A model generated the notes under the pieces. The model had not been told where the DNA came from. It made no database searches and saw nothing but the letters and a program-made list of their open reading frames with translations. A DNA stretch of 64,000 bases from Eledone cirrhosa (taxonomy: Eukaryota). The stretch lies in assembly GCA_964016885.1 (NCBI GenBank), contig OZ024742.1, positions 120,032,001 to 120,096,000 of the forward strand, in the 5' to 3' direction. Positions within the stretch are counted from its first letter, which is position 1. Every line of letters begins with the position of its first letter. The translations under genes were made by a program, and so were the position numbers. Below are positions 62,700 through 64,000 of this stretch, in pieces.

Positions 62700-62700
<1 letters not shown>
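62035..62700 (+). mobile_element. RTE-BovB-like LINE 3' fragment with C-terminal C2H2-like finger, decayed
   Basis: KLETKYAVYRAVVVTALLYGYESWT..LDQFHQRCLCRIL...QLRWSGH...FYGEL...RPRGQPKLRY..TLK...WE..ATNR.EWRQAI...CPV..R....GLRSH.RVH, with stops and frameshifts, followed by (TA)n(GA)n. Confidence 0.85.
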
Positions 62701-62747
<47 letters not shown>

Positions 62748-64000
62748 TAAAATCCTGACGGCGGCACCAAGCAGTTTTGGTTTGTGTGGTCAGCAAACCT
62801 TTTCAAAGGTGTAGTAATATTTGTAGGGTATGGAAAAAATAGGCCACTGGTCTTGGTAGATTATATCTCTTTTACTATATTCATTGAATAGGATAAATAT
62901 CTACTAGAGTAAGTTTTTGGTGGATAATGTGGAAATGGCAAAAATGATCTCCACAAATTAGAGAGACTGATAAAGCTTGCAACTTTTTCCTCAATAAGAT
63001 AACAAGTCTATTTAATGTATTGTTCCTTGGTAAATCTGAGAAATAGTCCTGACAGTGAGGTTAAATGGGAGATATACTGTATATACTCTAAGTTGTATTT
63101 TGACCACAGAAATGATCATATGAATCATCTACCATAACTTGCTCTGGAGCTTGAAATTAGCAGCATGTAGTAACACACACACATACACACAAAAATAAAT
63201 AAATGTAACACAGGTTGGTATCAGGACACAGTCTATATAATTATAGACATTGAAAAGAAATTTATGTTGATAATGCCACAAGCATACACAAAAAAACTAG
63301 TTTGATTCTGCTACAAAACAAATGCACCTTGGACAGATTGCTGTCTCATAAATGTATGCACACATACCTTTCACATGTGAGAAACATATGCAGTTCTCTA
63401 ACTGCCAGCTGTAATTCTAAGAGTTGCATTTGTTGTCAGTCAATCAAGAATTGTGATTTAAAAGCACCAGTTAATGTTTGTTCTGGTCATAGATGATATC
63501 TATGATTCTGTGTTTTGACATCAGATGGTACCACCACATTTCCAACAATGTGTTGCATGTGTGCACGCATCAGCCCACAGCTTTCCACCTCATAGCCACA
63601 CTTGAAGCCGAAACATTTTAAAGGTGAAGACATATACAATTGCAGCTTATATAAGCGTATAGAGAGTAAAGTTAAGTGCCATGACTATAGAAATAATGAA
63701 ATGCCTGTGGTGGGTGTGAGATCATGATTTATAAGACATTTCACTCATAACAATAAACATGGAATCCCAATACTTATTTTACCATCACTTGAATATCTTG
63801 CAACAAAACTTTCTTTAAATTCCAATAATAAATATACAAATGCAGAAAAAAAAAATAATACCGTTTAATGATGTACCCTAACCCTACTTTTTACCATAAG
63901 CAATTTAATAAGCCACAGAATATTACAGAAATGGTGAAGAGAAATCAAGTGTGGCAGGATAAACTGAGAGTGCAGATAAAGGAAGCTAAATATTGTCAGT

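Overview
This is AT-rich animal genomic DNA, dense in microsatellites and TEs. The SINE and microsatellite repertoire looks like an octopod cephalopod, which is an inference from repeat style and not a lookup. The whole window appears to lie inside one very large minus-strand gene, a polypeptide N-acetylgalactosaminyltransferase (GALNT1/GALNT13-like). The ORF track misses this gene. Two conventional exons are well supported (27786-27951 and 12650-12819) and they splice in frame to give ...GPGENGKPV...[27 protein letters not shown]|CKKK...[27 protein letters not shown]...VDDASER. Upstream of them in the transcript I find a series of candidate frame-preserving microexons: 27 nt and 12 nt with strong splice signals, plus weaker 24/14, 3/7 and 30 nt candidates. 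These would build the Golgi-luminal stem region. The introns hold two large satellites, a 23-bp array (~4.2 kb) starting ~16 nt from a 5' splice site and a 45-bp array (~19.5 kb). The long minus-strand ORFs in these arrays are artefacts. The rest is RTE/Rex3, BovB-like, Tx1-like and CR1-like LINE fragments, several SINE families, TTAA-flanked MITEs, an internally deleted DD37D (maT) mariner and a few perfect palindromes. There are no prokaryotic features or CRISPR arrays. All family assignments come from motif recognition by eye.
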